Below are positions 18,838 through 33,616 of a DNA stretch of 64,000 nt, piece by piece. The stretch lies in the UHGV virus genome UHGV-0117634; one strand, given 5' to 3'. A model generated the notes under the pieces. That model saw nothing but the letters and a program-made list of their open reading frames with translations, ran no database searches and had not been told where the DNA came from. Numbering within the stretch: position 1 is the stretch's first letter; each line of letters opens with the position of its first letter. The stretch comes from a virus. The position numbers and the translations under genes were made by a program.

Positions 18838-18847
18838 AACAAGGTAA

Positions 18848-21223
18848 TTATGCAGTTCTTACCCAAGCCATTAGTTTAATGTAAGTGTTAAGAACACTGA
18901 ATGCTGCACCAGAACCAGTTGCCCTAGTGTTACCACTGAATGTGTGGTTGTGTCTACCAATACCTACACCGTGACCATGAGCACCTACCCAACTAGTTCT
19001 ACCTGTCCAAGTTCTGGAAGCATAGAAGTTAACTGGCGCACCATAAGTGAAGTTAGAACCAGTGAAACTATGACCACCTTGGCTACCACTCATTGCAAAA
19101 GCACCGTCTGCAAGGTAAAATGACTCATTATCACTTCTAAACCATCCAAAGTTACCAGAGATTTCCATATTACCTCTGTCGTGGTCGTGAGCACCATTAA
19201 CATCTGTGTACTTAGTACCATAGTCAAACCAAGAAGTTGTTCCAGAGAAGCTGTGAGTGTGTGCAGGGATGTGACCAACACTTAATGCAACCGTATCAGC
19301 ACCACCAAGACCCTTCACATCAGAACCATTTTCAGAACCAATCCTAATAGTTCTGTTTGCACCCTCAGTTAAGTAAGTCCAAGTAGTGCCTGGGAAAGCT
19401 GTATTTGGGTTGACATTAGAAGCAAAGAACGCCACAATACCAACCGGATACACTTTCTTAAGGTCTGTAGCATCAGTTACAGCGGAAGCAATACGTTGGT
19501 CCACTTCAGCCTTGGTGTAAGCACCAAGTTCAGAGGGTGTAGGTTTGTCTTTGTCGGTGTAGATTTTAGCCCAAGCCTCTTCAAAACCAAACCCATCCCT
19601 TGCTGTTCTATAATAGATTCCAGTATTCTTGTAGTTAAATTTAAACTGTGCAGTTGGTGTAGATGCACCAACTCCAAGGTACATTTGGTAAACTAAGTGA
19701 GTAGACCCACCAGTTGAATTTGTAACACTGTACAAACCTGTTTTTGCATCCCAAGCAACACCTGTGCCATCACCTACTTCTGTTCCAGTTCCAGATACAC
19801 CAGACAACATATATCTTGAGTTTGCAGCAGATTGTGTGTAGTATCTTGAGTCAAAGTTTGACCAATCGCTTGGTCTTACTTGTCCAACAATATTCATATG
19901 TGTATTCACATCTAAATCAGTACCAATATTGATTGCCTTTCCTGTTACATCATTGTTAAGTACCACATTGTTTTGACCAGCATCACCAATACCCAACCAC
20001 CATCTCCTGCTCCCATTAGCATTATGTGCAGACATGTAGATTCCAGAGTCTTGTACTGTTGCCTGTAGTCTAAAAGGATTGTCGCTGTCAGTATTGATAG
20101 TCTGTGGACTAGTAAAAACGTTTGCAGCATTAGTTCTTGCAAGAACGTTCGTCAAAGAGCTTGGAACATATCTTGTATCAAAGTTAGAAAAGTCACTTGG
20201 TTTTACCTGACCAGCTACATTGATAGCTTTGTTAAATGAAAACTCTGTAGCAATTTTCAAGTTAACATTTGTCATCTGGTTTGCTAAAACAATCTCAGAC
20301 TGCGTACCATCTGGTTGACCTACATACCAAGCACCTGTCCCAGCACTGTTGTAACCACGCATAAATAATGCAGCATTCTCTGAAGCCGCTCTTAAGTTAA
20401 GTGCATTCCTATCTGCAATAACATAAGTCTTCCCGTTGAAGTTGTTAACCCCAACAAAGTTATTACTTGCATTAAGTCTTGCAAATCTCTGGTCAGCAGC
20501 AGTCTGTGTAAAGAATCTTGCATCAAGGTTGTTCCAGTTATTAGGCTGAACCTGACCATTGATTTTAAAGTTCTTGTCAACACTAACAGAGTTTGTACCA
20601 AGAGTCAACGTAGCACCTTTGCTGTTAACTAATGTAACATCAGTCCCAGAAGTCAAGTTACCAACTGTGAATCTCAAAGCATTATTTGAGTCTCTTGCTT
20701 CAATATATGCTCCACCATCTGGTAAGATGCTTTTAAGTGTCAAACCAACACCGTTGATATTAATGATTTGTCTTGCCAAGAAGGTATTTTCAGTTTCCTT
20801 CATAGCGTATCTTGCATCATTTTCAGTATTAGTTCTCATACCTAATTCATTAGGAGATGGTTTATTAAGTGTGTGATAAACTGTTGCAGACCTTGTGGCA
20901 TCATTTACAGTTAATCTTAAAGCACTTGCATTAATTCTAAAGGTCTTGGCAGTGTCACCGAGAATAACCTCAGAAGAACCTGTTGGGTCTAATAAGTCTT
21001 TTCCACCGTATCTTAATTTGACGATGCCAAGATTCCCTGTCATATCCCCACCAGTTAGTTGTAAGAATCTTTCTAGTTTGAAAGAGGCAAGGAAATTTGC
21101 ATAGGTCATTTTACGGTCTTCATCACCTAGCATATCAGACCTTTTGATAATTCTTAGGTGAAGTAAATCTTCTGAGCGAACTGTATCAATACTGTTTAGC
21201 TCACTTAGCTTATATTCAGCCAT
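18848..21223 (-). CDS. tail fiber protein with His-rich C-terminal repeats
   Basis: 791 aa; repetitive beta-rich sequence; C-terminal HTHSFSG...HDHD...HGHGVGIGRHNHTFSG shared with next ORF. Confidence 0.7.
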   Translation of the reverse strand: MAEYKLSELNSIDTVRSEDLLHLRIIKRSDMLGDEDRKMTYANFLASFKLERFLQLTGGDMTGNLGIVKLRYGGKDLLDPTGSSEVILGDTAKTFRINASALRLTVNDATRSATVYHTLNKPSPNELGMRTNTENDARYAMKETENTFLARQIININGVGLTLKSILPDGGAYIEARDSNNALRFTVGNLTSGTDVTLVNSKGATLTLGTNSVSVDKNFKINGQVQPNNWNNLDARFFTQTAADQRFARLNASNNFVGVNNFNGKTYVIADRNALNLRAASENAALFMRGYNSAGTGAWYVGQPDGTQSEIVLANQMTNVNLKIATEFSFNKAINVAGQVKPSDFSNFDTRYVPSSLTNVLARTNAANVFTSPQTINTDSDNPFRLQATVQDSGIYMSAHNANGSRRWWLGIGDAGQNNVVLNNDVTGKAINIGTDLDVNTHMNIVGQVRPSDWSNFDSRYYTQSAANSRYMLSGVSGTGTEVGDGTGVAWDAKTGLYSVTNSTGGSTHLVYQMYLGVGASTPTAQFKFNYKNTGIYYRTARDGFGFEEAWAKIYTDKDKPTPSELGAYTKAEVDQRIASAVTDATDLKKVYPVGIVAFFASNVNPNTAFPGTTWTYLTEGANRTIRIGSENGSDVKGLGGADTVALSVGHIPAHTHSFSGTTSWFDYGTKYTDVNGAHDHDRGNMEISGNFGWFRSDNESFYLADGAFAMSGSQGGHSFTGSNFTYGAPVNFYASRTWTGRTSWVGAHGHGVGIGRHNHTFSGNTRATGSGAAFSVLNTYIKLMAWVRTA

Positions 21224-21267
21224 TTATAAATCCTCTTTCTAGGGGCTGTGTAGCCCCTTATAAATAA

Positions 21268-22443
21268 TTACGCAGTTCTCTTCCAAACATATACAACATA
21301 AGAAGGTTGCTCAATATTAAATGCTTGTCCAGCACCAAATGCACCAGTTGTACCTGAGTGAGTGTGCTCAGAAGATTGAACTGTCACAGTACCTGAGTGT
21401 CCATGTGAACCAATTGCAACGCTGTGTCCATGTGCTCCGATATACACACTGTGAGAGTGGTTACCACCAACTGAAGAGTTAACGTTGAAGGTATGTGTGT
21501 GAACCCCATCAAAGTCTGTATATGACGCATTACCAACACCTGCATCAGCCGTTGCCGTAATAGCGTTTACACCACCCCTGTCAGAACCCCTCAATGGAAT
21601 CCTGTGGCTGTGACTACCAGCACTGCTTACAGAACCATTAACATTATGAGCGTGGCTTCCAGAGTCGTTTGTGGCCTTAGAACCATAATCAAAACTTGAT
21701 GTGCTCTTAGTCCCATAGTCAAAGCTAGAAATTACTACTGTTGCATTATGGGAGTGTCCACCACCAGTTAACAACACAGAGTGTGTGTGACTTGGAATGT
21801 TATTTTGTGTAAGTGTTACAGTAGCAGAACCAAATACTGATTCTACAGGTCTTGTATCTGTGTCATAACCGACAAGAGACCTTCCTTTAGAAACTAACTC
21901 CCAAGTACCACCACAAAGTAAATATGTAGATGGGTTTGCAGGGTTAACTGACAAATGAATAGTACCAATTGGATAGCTATTCTGGATAGCTCTATATAAA
22001 GCATTCACAGCTTTTGCAGTAGCATACTTATCAGCATCTTCAGAGTAAGAGTTTGAATATGTCCAGTTTTGAATATTAGACAAACCTACTTGAATCTTGT
22101 TAGTGTTGTGAGGGTTATTCTTGTCATTAATGTGATTTTGAATAAGGGCATTAACTTCATCACTTGATAGAATATTAAGGTTCTGTCTAGCCTCTTCAAC
22201 ACTAACCACGTCTGACAAGTTATTAGCAGCCACTAATTGGAGTGCGTTAACAACATTACCAAGTTCTACGTGAACCTTTGTAACACCGTGTGGGTTATTT
22301 CTTAAAGATGCGTGTGGAGCAAGTAATTGCTCAAGTGTGCATCGTTTATCCTCAATACCTTGCTTCAGGTGAAAGATATCACTTAAATCAATCGGTAATG
22401 AGGCTTGAGGCAATGCACTAATTTGAATTTCACCGACTGCCAT
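21268..22443 (-). CDS. tail fiber protein with His-rich C-terminal repeats
   Basis: 391 aa; HTHS/HSHN/HAHN/HGHS repeats; same C-terminal ...RTA ending as 18848..21223. Confidence 0.7.
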   Translation of the reverse strand: MAVGEIQISALPQASLPIDLSDIFHLKQGIEDKRCTLEQLLAPHASLRNNPHGVTKVHVELGNVVNALQLVAANNLSDVVSVEEARQNLNILSSDEVNALIQNHINDKNNPHNTNKIQVGLSNIQNWTYSNSYSEDADKYATAKAVNALYRAIQNSYPIGTIHLSVNPANPSTYLLCGGTWELVSKGRSLVGYDTDTRPVESVFGSATVTLTQNNIPSHTHSVLLTGGGHSHNATVVISSFDYGTKSTSSFDYGSKATNDSGSHAHNVNGSVSSAGSHSHRIPLRGSDRGGVNAITATADAGVGNASYTDFDGVHTHTFNVNSSVGGNHSHSVYIGAHGHSVAIGSHGHSGTVTVQSSEHTHSGTTGAFGAGQAFNIEQPSYVVYVWKRTA

Positions 22444-22445
22444 TA

Positions 22446-22745
22446 TTAGCTCCCTTTATATTCATATGTGTAAAGGTTAGTCGTGCTGGTGTGTGCAGTT
22501 CCTGTTACTGTTTCAATTAATTCCCAACCATTGGAAACTAAATCAGGTTGCTCCGTAGCAAATGAACGAACCTCTCCAACCGTACCATTTACTTTGTTAA
22601 GCAAATAGTTGATAATATAGTTAAACCACTGACGACCCATAGGTTCACCCCTTAATAGGCCAGTGGCTTGAATTTCTGGAGGTGGTAAAACTTTAAGCTG
22701 GTTACCGTCAGCATCAACTGTATCTGTAGACCATGAAAGAGACAT
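22446..22745 (-). CDS. hypothetical tail-associated protein
   Basis: ORF track, 99 aa, between baseplate and fiber genes. Confidence 0.4.
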   Translation of the reverse strand: MSLSWSTDTVDADGNQLKVLPPPEIQATGLLRGEPMGRQWFNYIINYLLNKVNGTVGEVRSFATEQPDLVSNGWELIETVTGTAHTSTTNLYTYEYKGS

Positions 22746-23602
22746 TATGAACTTCCTTCTTGTTGAGATTTATCTTTTCTGCCTTTGACGATTTGGGCGA
22801 CTTCTGCCATAATCCCATAATCACCACCTGCTACTGTTTCTTTACCAGCAATGAAATAGTCGTTGCTATTGTTTGTTTTGCTGACTTTTAAATAATCTTT
22901 ACTGGTACTTCCACCAGTTTTATCCACTCTTACATAACCATCCCTTACACCTGCATCTGCAAAACTACCTAATTTGTTTGCTTCTAGAGAGCCACCTGTG
23001 TTGTTCGTAATAAGACCCTTGTTAGTGTTTGTTACAAACCAGTTATTGTTCTCATCAGTAATTGCCAGAGATGAATCAGCAACCTCTACAGGAGTCCAAG
23101 CAGTACCATTTAAGGTAACATCTCTAAGGATAACTGCTGAACCAATAGTTGTTGCAGCAATCTTAGAAAGTGTGTATGCTGTATCTAACACGTTATTACG
23201 AGTGTTTACACGGATAACAATTCCACCAGTCATTGGCGTAATGTGCTCAAAAATCTGACTGAATGATGCGTTGTAAAGGGTCATAACAGCCCTTTGTAAG
23301 AAGCTTGGTGTGGTGTCAGAACGTCTTAAGAAAATTTGAATGTAGAGGATAGCTCTGTAAGTGTCATCATCAGCACCAATAGGTCTAGGGACTTTAATCA
23401 AAGCCCCGATGTTATCAAGTTGTGTGCCAACACCTACACGAATATTCCTTTCAGTATATAACTGATTACTGATATCCTCTAATAATTGTAACTCATCTGT
23501 GATAGATTTCAATAGACTTGTGTAAATAAACTTATCTTTGAATTGAGTTACAGTTCTTTCGTCCAATGTTTTCTCATAAAAGTTTTCAATCTTTTTAAAC
23601 AT
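22745..23602 (-). CDS. baseplate/tail protein (P2 gpI-like position)
   Basis: Position downstream of J-like baseplate gene; start moved to internal ATG with GGAG SD. Confidence 0.45.
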   Translation of the reverse strand: MFKKIENFYEKTLDERTVTQFKDKFIYTSLLKSITDELQLLEDISNQLYTERNIRVGVGTQLDNIGALIKVPRPIGADDDTYRAILYIQIFLRRSDTTPSFLQRAVMTLYNASFSQIFEHITPMTGGIVIRVNTRNNVLDTAYTLSKIAATTIGSAVILRDVTLNGTAWTPVEVADSSLAITDENNNWFVTNTNKGLITNNTGGSLEANKLGSFADAGVRDGYVRVDKTGGSTSKDYLKVSKTNNSNDYFIAGKETVAGGDYGIMAEVAQIVKGRKDKSQQEGSS

Positions 23603-23604
23603 TG

Positions 23605-25074
23605 TTACTCCTTGGTAATTGTATACTGTGAGCTTTCCCAAACAGTGTACTGGTCACCATCAATAGTGATTCTTGAAGTTGTGTACTGCCCCTCAGCAGG
23701 TGGAATTGCTTGGTTATTTGAAAGTGCAACCTTAATCTCATTAATCTCGATACCTTGAATCACATCATAGATATGTCCATAGATTCTGTTAGGGATTACA
23801 TCATTACCAACTTTCAAAGTTCTACCGTAGGCATTAATACCTTGAACAATTCTGTCATGAATATCCTGTTCAGGGATGTTAAGAGTTTCTTCATCGTAAA
23901 GAGAGTAAGTAACCTTGACAAAAACGTATTTAGGCATTGGTCTACTAAAGTAAACGTCGTGAGGAAGAGAACCTAAGTCATATGCAGTACCAAAGATTGT
24001 ACCAAATGGGCGAATACCAGCAGGTTTCGTGTCCCAGATTGCCTGTGCAATATTATCATTCTGACCACCAACTACAACAATCTTAAAAGACTTCGGAGGA
24101 AGACCGTCAGCGTTTGTTGTCTCAGTATCATTTTCTACACCAGAAGCATCAGACACACCTTGCACTCTCTTGACAGCAGCTACAATAGCATCTAGAGTAC
24201 CTACACCAGTAACAGCCAGAGATTCTAAGTAACGCTGTCTCAGTTCTGTGTCAGTTTCCTCATCACGACCTGTTGTCAAGTCATATCTGTTGAAAACACT
24301 ATCAAGACCATCTACAGTTGTTTCAATCTCAATCAAGGTTCCTGCAAGAGTCTGGATAGCTCCAGTTTCATCTGCTACAACGTCACTGATTGAAGTAATC
24401 TTTGTAAATGTTAAGAATGTCGTTGCAGTAACAACCATAGGGTTAGTTCTGGCAATGATATCTCCAGTGTCTTTATAGATTCTTAGGACTGAACCATCAT
24501 TAATAACTTCAGCCTTTGCAATAATACCACCATTGATAGCATCTGCAAGTTTCTGTAGCAATGTTGTAATGGTGTCAGAGCTAGTCGGCTGATATGAATA
24601 CTCAATGTTGTCAATGATAATAACATAGTTTGCATCTGTTCGTAAAGAGTTAACTTCTAAGTTTGCCTCTACACAGTAAGATGGAGTCAGCGTGAAAGTT
24701 GACACAGGGTAAAAGATGTTACCTGCTGTGCTTCTTAGTCTTGTAGTGGCTGGTACAGGAGCACCAGAATTACCAGTGAACTCAGCTTGACCTCTTGTAG
24801 CCTGCGCCACATATCTGTATACAGCATTCAAAGCTGTTACATCATCTAAACTGAATCCTTCAGCTTTGTCAATAGTACCACCGTCATAAATTTCTGACAA
24901 GATTTCATGAACGTCTGCAAGACCTCGGCAAACAGAAGCTAAGAATAACCCAAGTTCGCTATCTTCAGAAACATCAAGGTTTGGTGAGATATCTCTATAC
25001 AGACTTGCTTTAACATCATCCAAGATTTCTTGATATCTTTTTGTTTGTAAACCTGTAGTTGTTAATCCAGCCAT
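23605..25074 (-). CDS. baseplate J-like protein (putative)
   Basis: 489 aa; size and synteny in contractile-tail baseplate module. Confidence 0.5.
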   Translation of the reverse strand: MAGLTTTGLQTKRYQEILDDVKASLYRDISPNLDVSEDSELGLFLASVCRGLADVHEILSEIYDGGTIDKAEGFSLDDVTALNAVYRYVAQATRGQAEFTGNSGAPVPATTRLRSTAGNIFYPVSTFTLTPSYCVEANLEVNSLRTDANYVIIIDNIEYSYQPTSSDTITTLLQKLADAINGGIIAKAEVINDGSVLRIYKDTGDIIARTNPMVVTATTFLTFTKITSISDVVADETGAIQTLAGTLIEIETTVDGLDSVFNRYDLTTGRDEETDTELRQRYLESLAVTGVGTLDAIVAAVKRVQGVSDASGVENDTETTNADGLPPKSFKIVVVGGQNDNIAQAIWDTKPAGIRPFGTIFGTAYDLGSLPHDVYFSRPMPKYVFVKVTYSLYDEETLNIPEQDIHDRIVQGINAYGRTLKVGNDVIPNRIYGHIYDVIQGIEINEIKVALSNNQAIPPAEGQYTTSRITIDGDQYTVWESSQYTITKE

Positions 25075-25489
25075 TAAATGTTTACCTCTGTATTAATTTC
25101 AACATCGTCAGCAGTTGTCGTTGCATTAAATCTTACTGACACTTTCCTCATTGCATTATCCATTGTTGAAGAGTAGTTGTAGATGTTTGTTACATCTCTC
25201 GTTTCAACAAGGTAACCTTTCATATAATTATCAAAAATAGAGGTCTTCTGCTTGAACTTAGCAAGCTGTAAATAAGGGAATCCAGCAGATGTATTAAAGA
25301 ATACCTCTCCAGCCCTTAGAAGACACCTAATATGTAATCTTTGAGCTACCTGAGTAGCTTTATCGTCTTCTGGGATAATTCTAATCTGATTACCCGTAAT
25401 TTTTAAATCTCCGTGAGCAACGTATACAGAATCATTTCCTAATTTAGCTACGTAGTCACCACCAAGATTAATTGCAAAATCTGTTTTCA

Positions 25490-25490
<1 letters not shown>
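25074..25490 (-). CDS. baseplate wedge protein (gp25/gpW-like, putative)
   Basis: 138 aa; size and synteny. Confidence 0.45.
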
Positions 25491-28251
<2,761 letters not shown>

Positions 28252-28252
<1 letters not shown>

Positions 28253-30489
28253 TATTCATCCTCTGGGTAGCTAGAGTTTAACAGAATATCTTCCTGACTC
28301 TTATCAGTGATATCCACCATCTTAGTAGCAATCTGCTTACCATCCAGATTAAAGGAAACGTTAAGCGTCTGCTTAGTTTGCAATGGTAGTCCAGAAGGAG
28401 TCATCATCATAGGTGTCTGGTTAAACTTGTTTGCAAAGTTATTTAGAGACTCAGACAGGTTGTTCATGATAATATCCCAATTTGACAAACCATTATCAAC
28501 TCTCTGAATATTTCCAGAAGTGTCTGTGGTATATTGTGCAAACTGAAGTTGCCCATTCTGGTCAAAGAACATTGGACGTTTTGGATTAGTGATTCCTGAG
28601 ATAGCTTCATTGAAAGGATTAGGTGTGTTAACCTCGTTAAATCTCTTTCCAGCATTCTTGTCAACTGAACCAGATAACATTAATGCAGAACCACCTACAC
28701 CAAGAGCCATTCTGGTTGCTGATACACCAGCCGTTGTAGCTGCTGTTTCTGCTGCTGTAGTTAACCCAAACTTCTGTGCAATCTTAGCTAAGATACCTTC
28801 TTCAAAAATACTCTTGACAAATGCTACAGTACCACCAAAGATTTTAGCAACTTTTGTAATAGCTGCAATTGAGACACCAATAGCAGTGAACGTAGCAACT
28901 AACTCAGCAGAATCCTTGATTAGTTTCTGTTGACTAGCATCTAATTCCTTGAAATAGCCCATTGAGGTATAGTACAATGAAGAAATGCGGTACATGATAT
29001 CTGTCACGAAGTCTAGAAGGTTACTAGCACCTTTTAAAAGGTAACCAATACCTGTACCAAGTGCTTCAGATGTACCAAGGGAACCTTGCAAGAACATTGC
29101 AACTGAGTTAGAGAGTTGTGAGATACCTTCACTAGAGTTGTTAAACAAAGCTACAAGGGTGTTATCCCACATTGCCTTTGCTTGACCCATAGAGGTAGCT
29201 GTCTGCTTAGAAACTGCATTCATACCACCTGCTGCTTCAACAAGCTCTCTCATTTTTTCTGAGACTTTTGGTAGAACGTCTTTTGCAAGAAGCTGACCAT
29301 CTTTCATCATCTTGTCAAGTTCTTGTGGAGTTTTACCAATAGCATCAGCAAATAACTGAACAGCACCTGCCAAACGGTCACCTAACTGTCCACGAAGTTC
29401 TTCAGCCTGAATCTTACCTTTAGATGCCATTTGCTGGAAAGCAACCATGATACCTTTCAAGTCTTCATCAGAAGCACCACGAATACGTGAGAACATAGCA
29501 GCATTCTTATAGAACTCTTGAGTTCCTTTAAAACCTAACTCTGGTTGAGCACCAGCAGCGAAGTTTGAGTACTGCTTCATAGTGTCTGTGTAGTTCTGAC
29601 CAATCTGGTGAGAGAACGTAGCAGCGAACATTCTAGCTTGCTGTGTATCCCCTCCAAAGATAGCTGTTGAGGCTAACTGTGCAGACTGTCTCTTTACACC
29701 TGCATCAATAGTCTTCTGAGCTAATTCCAGCATAGCATACGCTGAAACAAAACCACCTACAAGCTGTCTTAGTGAAGAGTTTGCTCTGTCTTGTAACCAA
29801 GCTGACTCTCTGACTGCCTTAAGTCTAGCATTTTCTGCAATAACCCAACGTTTGGTAGTGTCAATGAGTTTCTTGACTTCCATCTCATACTCACCAACTT
29901 TACCACTACCTTTGTACTTATTATAGATTCCTTGTAAGCTTCCTCTGAAGGAAGTAGCCATTTGGTTACCTTGTCCACCAATTGTTTCAAGACGACGAGT
30001 CAAACCAGAATAGAAGTTGTTATTAAACATTCTTTCCATTTGTCTTTGAGCAATATCAGGTCTAACTCTAGGTGAACCACCACCTCCAACCGGAGGGATA
30101 GTATTACCACGGCCTCTACCAACTCCACCACGAACATTGACTTTACCTTCAACATTCATAGCTTGTCTTAGAGCCTTATTAATTTCTTTGGCTGTTTTCT
30201 TACCCTGTGTTTCTAATCTACGAAGTGATTTTACACCTTGTGAATCTAAATTCATAGCATTGTTTAGGGATTTATTGATTCTGCCTGAAGCAGTCTGAGC
30301 GTTTTTTACAAGTCTGTTTAGAGCGTCTTGTGAACTTCTATTAGGCTTCACATCAAAGGCTTTATTGATATTGCGTTCGATACGTTGAGCAGACTGCATA
30401 GCCATTTTCTCAACTCTTTGCAAACCCTTAATAACCTTTTCACTGAATCCAAGTTCAACAACAAAACTATCAACTGTATATTGTGCCAT
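28252..30489 (-). CDS. tail tape measure protein
   Basis: 745 aa; long alpha-helical Ala/Gly/Gln-rich sequence; follows chaperone pair. Confidence 0.8.
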
Positions 30490-30716
30490 TAAATTTTACC
30501 TGCTTTTCTGAGTTCGTTGTAAGCCATTTCTTCTTTATATGACTTCTGGATTTCTAAATATTGACGTAGAGATAATAAATCAACGAAGGTCATATCAAAA
30601 AGTTGGTTGAGTGTTTCTTTACACCCATCCATACCATAAATAGCAAGCACAAATTTCATCTCATCTGCTTCATCATAAGTTGCCTTTACAGCCCCGTCAG
30701 TCAGCGGGGTCTGCAT
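30489..30716 (-). CDS. tail assembly chaperone (distal small ORF, putative)
   Basis: 75 aa between chaperone and tape measure. Confidence 0.4.
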   Translation of the reverse strand: MQTPLTDGAVKATYDEADEMKFVLAIYGMDGCKETLNQLFDMTFVDLLSLRQYLEIQKSYKEEMAYNELRKAGKI

Positions 30717-30724
30717 AGAATAAC

Positions 30725-31126
30725 TTAAGCTTCCTGCTGAGAAGTTAGGCTTTTGAAAATGCTTGCCTCGAAAAAACTTCCGAAGTTTGCCTCCAAAGCA
30801 AAAGCTAAGAAGTCAATAAATTCACCGTAGTTCGCTTGGAAGTAACTATCAATTTTCAGTGGGAAGTCATTAACTGTTGCCCCCTGAAATAGTGTCTCTG
30901 CCATTGCATCAATATCTAGTTCGTCAACCTTTTCAAAGCAAGCTTCAACGAGTTCTTTAAATGGAATTTTAGCTTCCCCATCTTTAGAGGTTAAACCAGA
31001 GAGCATCTGTGCAAATGCTGGTACAACTGCTTTACCAAGTTTCATAGAGATACGGATACCATCTCTTGCTCCAAGAAGAATAATAGTTACCTTCTTGCCA
31101 TTAATCATTTTAGTTTCAGTCTTCAT
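30725..31126 (-). CDS. tail assembly chaperone (putative)
   Basis: 133 aa; between tail tube and tape measure. Confidence 0.45.
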   Translation of the reverse strand: MKTETKMINGKKVTIILLGARDGIRISMKLGKAVVPAFAQMLSGLTSKDGEAKIPFKELVEACFEKVDELDIDAMAETLFQGATVNDFPLKIDSYFQANYGEFIDFLAFALEANFGSFFEASIFKSLTSQQEA

Positions 31127-31202
31127 TGTGATTCCTTAAAAGTTATGCTATAAAAACACAAAAGGGGAAGACCTTTTACAGTCTCCCCCTTATTAGGATT
31201 TG

Positions 31203-31649
31203 TTAAACGCTTGACGCAGGGATTGTTGAAGTGTAGTCTAACTTCTCACAACCGAAAATCCAAGTTTTCGAGTTCTGGTCACGACCTAGCTCAATCTGTG
31301 GAAGCTCTTGCAACCAAGCATTAATACCTGTTGCCAGAACTGAACCAGATGGGTCGTAAATTACAAAGTTAGATGAGATATCTTCTTCAAGTTCCATGTC
31401 ATCTTGTTTAGCTTGAATTGCAGAAAGCATCTGGTTTGATAGAGAAGTCTGCATTAGCTCAATCTCAATCGTACCTGTCTTGTCTGCATTTCTTGTCAGA
31501 GCTACTTGACCACCTGCACCTACAACTGGCGTAACAAGTGGAGAAGTTCTCTGAAGACGCAAGAATGAGTCTGGTGCAAAACCTTCAATGGCAATGCCAT
31601 TCCAGCTACAAACTACATCTTTAGGGGAATATTGCTGATACATAGCCAT
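31203..31649 (-). CDS. tail tube protein (putative)
   Basis: 148 aa, immediately downstream of sheath gene. Confidence 0.55.
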   Translation of the reverse strand: MAMYQQYSPKDVVCSWNGIAIEGFAPDSFLRLQRTSPLVTPVVGAGGQVALTRNADKTGTIEIELMQTSLSNQMLSAIQAKQDDMELEEDISSNFVIYDPSGSVLATGINAWLQELPQIELGRDQNSKTWIFGCEKLDYTSTIPASSV

Positions 31650-31663
31650 TCCTAATTACTCCT

Positions 31664-33016
31664 TTATTCGTAAGCCACTGTGCCTTTCAAGTCAACATCC
31701 AAGATAGCCCCTGCAAGAATACCGTGGAAGGTAACGTCTTTCAGGATACGTGCTTTCTTATCTGCCAATGCAACTTGTGAGGCTTTAGGAACAGTAACAG
31801 TGTAAGTTGACAAAAAGTTTCTGTTAACTGCTCGCTGAAGAGATGTTTCAATGACCTGACGAATACGGGTAATACCAGTATCATCATAAGTAATCTTACC
31901 ACCCTTCTGATTAATTAGCAAGTCTCTCAGAGATGTTTTCAAATCAGATTCAAGCCAATCAACACCACGTACAATATCAATCCATTCACCACCAGAAGTG
32001 ATACCTCTACGCACTACAGGAACCCCACCATCGAGGTCAATGAAATTACAGCTACGGGTATCCAAAGCTGACTTCTGAATGCTTGTCAGTGGTCTCTGGT
32101 TAGCAGGTTGTAGAGATGCTGCAACACCAGTTAATTGAGCGTTACCCCAAGCAATTGAACCTGCATCATATGGAGCACCATATGCGATGTAAGCCATTTC
32201 TGGGTAGTCATACTCGGCTGTGTGATGCCACAAGCAAACTGTACGAGTGTACTTTCTCTTAGCTAACTGTGCCGGAACATCTGTTGCAGAGGTCAAATCA
32301 GTGCCTTGCAGAGCCTTAACGTCAGCATTAGCTGTGAAGAAAATCTTCTTACGAGCCTGAATCTCTGAAGCCATTGCCAAGACAAACTGTTGAGTTCTGT
32401 CTTCTGCTGAGATGAAGTACCAATCTGTTGAATATGCTTCAATGGATGCCAGAGCAGCGGAAGCCGTGTCAGCAGTTGTTGCTGCAATAGATGTTGTAGG
32501 TGTAATAGACGTTACTTTTACGAAGTCATTATCACCAGCTTTAGTAATAATCATCGTCGCAGAAGCACCAGTACCTGTTACACTAACATTAACACCATCT
32601 TTAATTGTTGGGCTTGCTTCAATCTGTGATTTAAACTCATTCAAGACAATAAGTGCTGTGTCGTTTTCTTTTGCAGTGTACTGGAATGGCTGAGAAACAC
32701 CACCACCGATAGCAACTGTCAATGAATATTCATTTCCTTCAGCCACTGTGTCAGGAATAGAAACAGTATATTGCATAGTTCTTCTACCAATATACAGTTG
32801 AGTTACTTTTGGAGTTTGGCTCCATAGCTGTTTTGCAGCTTTATACGCAGCAGTACTTTCATCAAAGTCTTCAGCTACTTCTGTTAATGAAGTATAACCA
32901 CGGATTCTTTCTTCAAAGTTATCTGTTGAAGCAAGGAATAATGGTAAACCAAAACCTTCTCTTGTAGTTCCTGCTGTGTTCAATGTAATATCTACATTAA
33001 CAATTGGATTCCACAT
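31664..33016 (-). CDS. tail sheath protein (putative)
   Basis: 450 aa; N-terminal pattern resembles P2 FI / Mu L sheath N-termini. Confidence 0.6.
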   Translation of the reverse strand: MWNPIVNVDITLNTAGTTREGFGLPLFLASTDNFEERIRGYTSLTEVAEDFDESTAAYKAAKQLWSQTPKVTQLYIGRRTMQYTVSIPDTVAEGNEYSLTVAIGGGVSQPFQYTAKENDTALIVLNEFKSQIEASPTIKDGVNVSVTGTGASATMIITKAGDNDFVKVTSITPTTSIAATTADTASAALASIEAYSTDWYFISAEDRTQQFVLAMASEIQARKKIFFTANADVKALQGTDLTSATDVPAQLAKRKYTRTVCLWHHTAEYDYPEMAYIAYGAPYDAGSIAWGNAQLTGVAASLQPANQRPLTSIQKSALDTRSCNFIDLDGGVPVVRRGITSGGEWIDIVRGVDWLESDLKTSLRDLLINQKGGKITYDDTGITRIRQVIETSLQRAVNRNFLSTYTVTVPKASQVALADKKARILKDVTFHGILAGAILDVDLKGTVAYE

Positions 33017-33616
33017 TTATTTTACCCCTTTGGAGTCTACATCTAGATGGATAGTATATTCTGGTGGCTCCTGTCCTTCCTCGTAAACCAATTCACCATC
33101 CACAATGACACGTTCAATAATACTTCCACGTTCATCTTTTAATACTGAATTTTTTACAAGGGTTACAACAAGAGGTGCAGAATTTTCAAAATCTGTGTTG
33201 AGATAAGTATAATCATTTGGGATAGCCCCTGTATCAAGTACTGAAGCACCTGTCATGTCAGCTAGATAATCTCTTGTAGTACTCATCTCTAATCTTTGTT
33301 TTAGCTCAAGCATAATACTGTGAGCACCTTTACCATTTACAGTAATCAGTACAGGAATCTGAAAAGCAATTCTATAACAAACTACATCATCTTCCACGAA
33401 CTTATCAAGAACCCAACCATAAGGTGTGGTAGCATCTTGACAGTATACTGTAATAAAAGGCTGGTCTGGTTTTAGACCTTTATCATTGGAATTATCTGAA
33501 GGGTAAGCCCTAATAACATTTGGTCTGTTATTCTTGTCTCTCGCTAAACGGTGACCAATAACATCAACCAAAACTCGGACAATACCTTTCTCAAGTTCTG
33601 CTGTTTCTAACTGCAT
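33017..33616 (-). CDS. head-tail joining / tail completion protein (putative)
   Basis: 199 aa; position between capsid and sheath genes. Confidence 0.4.
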   Translation of the reverse strand: MQLETAELEKGIVRVLVDVIGHRLARDKNNRPNVIRAYPSDNSNDKGLKPDQPFITVYCQDATTPYGWVLDKFVEDDVVCYRIAFQIPVLITVNGKGAHSIMLELKQRLEMSTTRDYLADMTGASVLDTGAIPNDYTYLNTDFENSAPLVVTLVKNSVLKDERGSIIERVIVDGELVYEEGQEPPEYTIHLDVDSKGVK

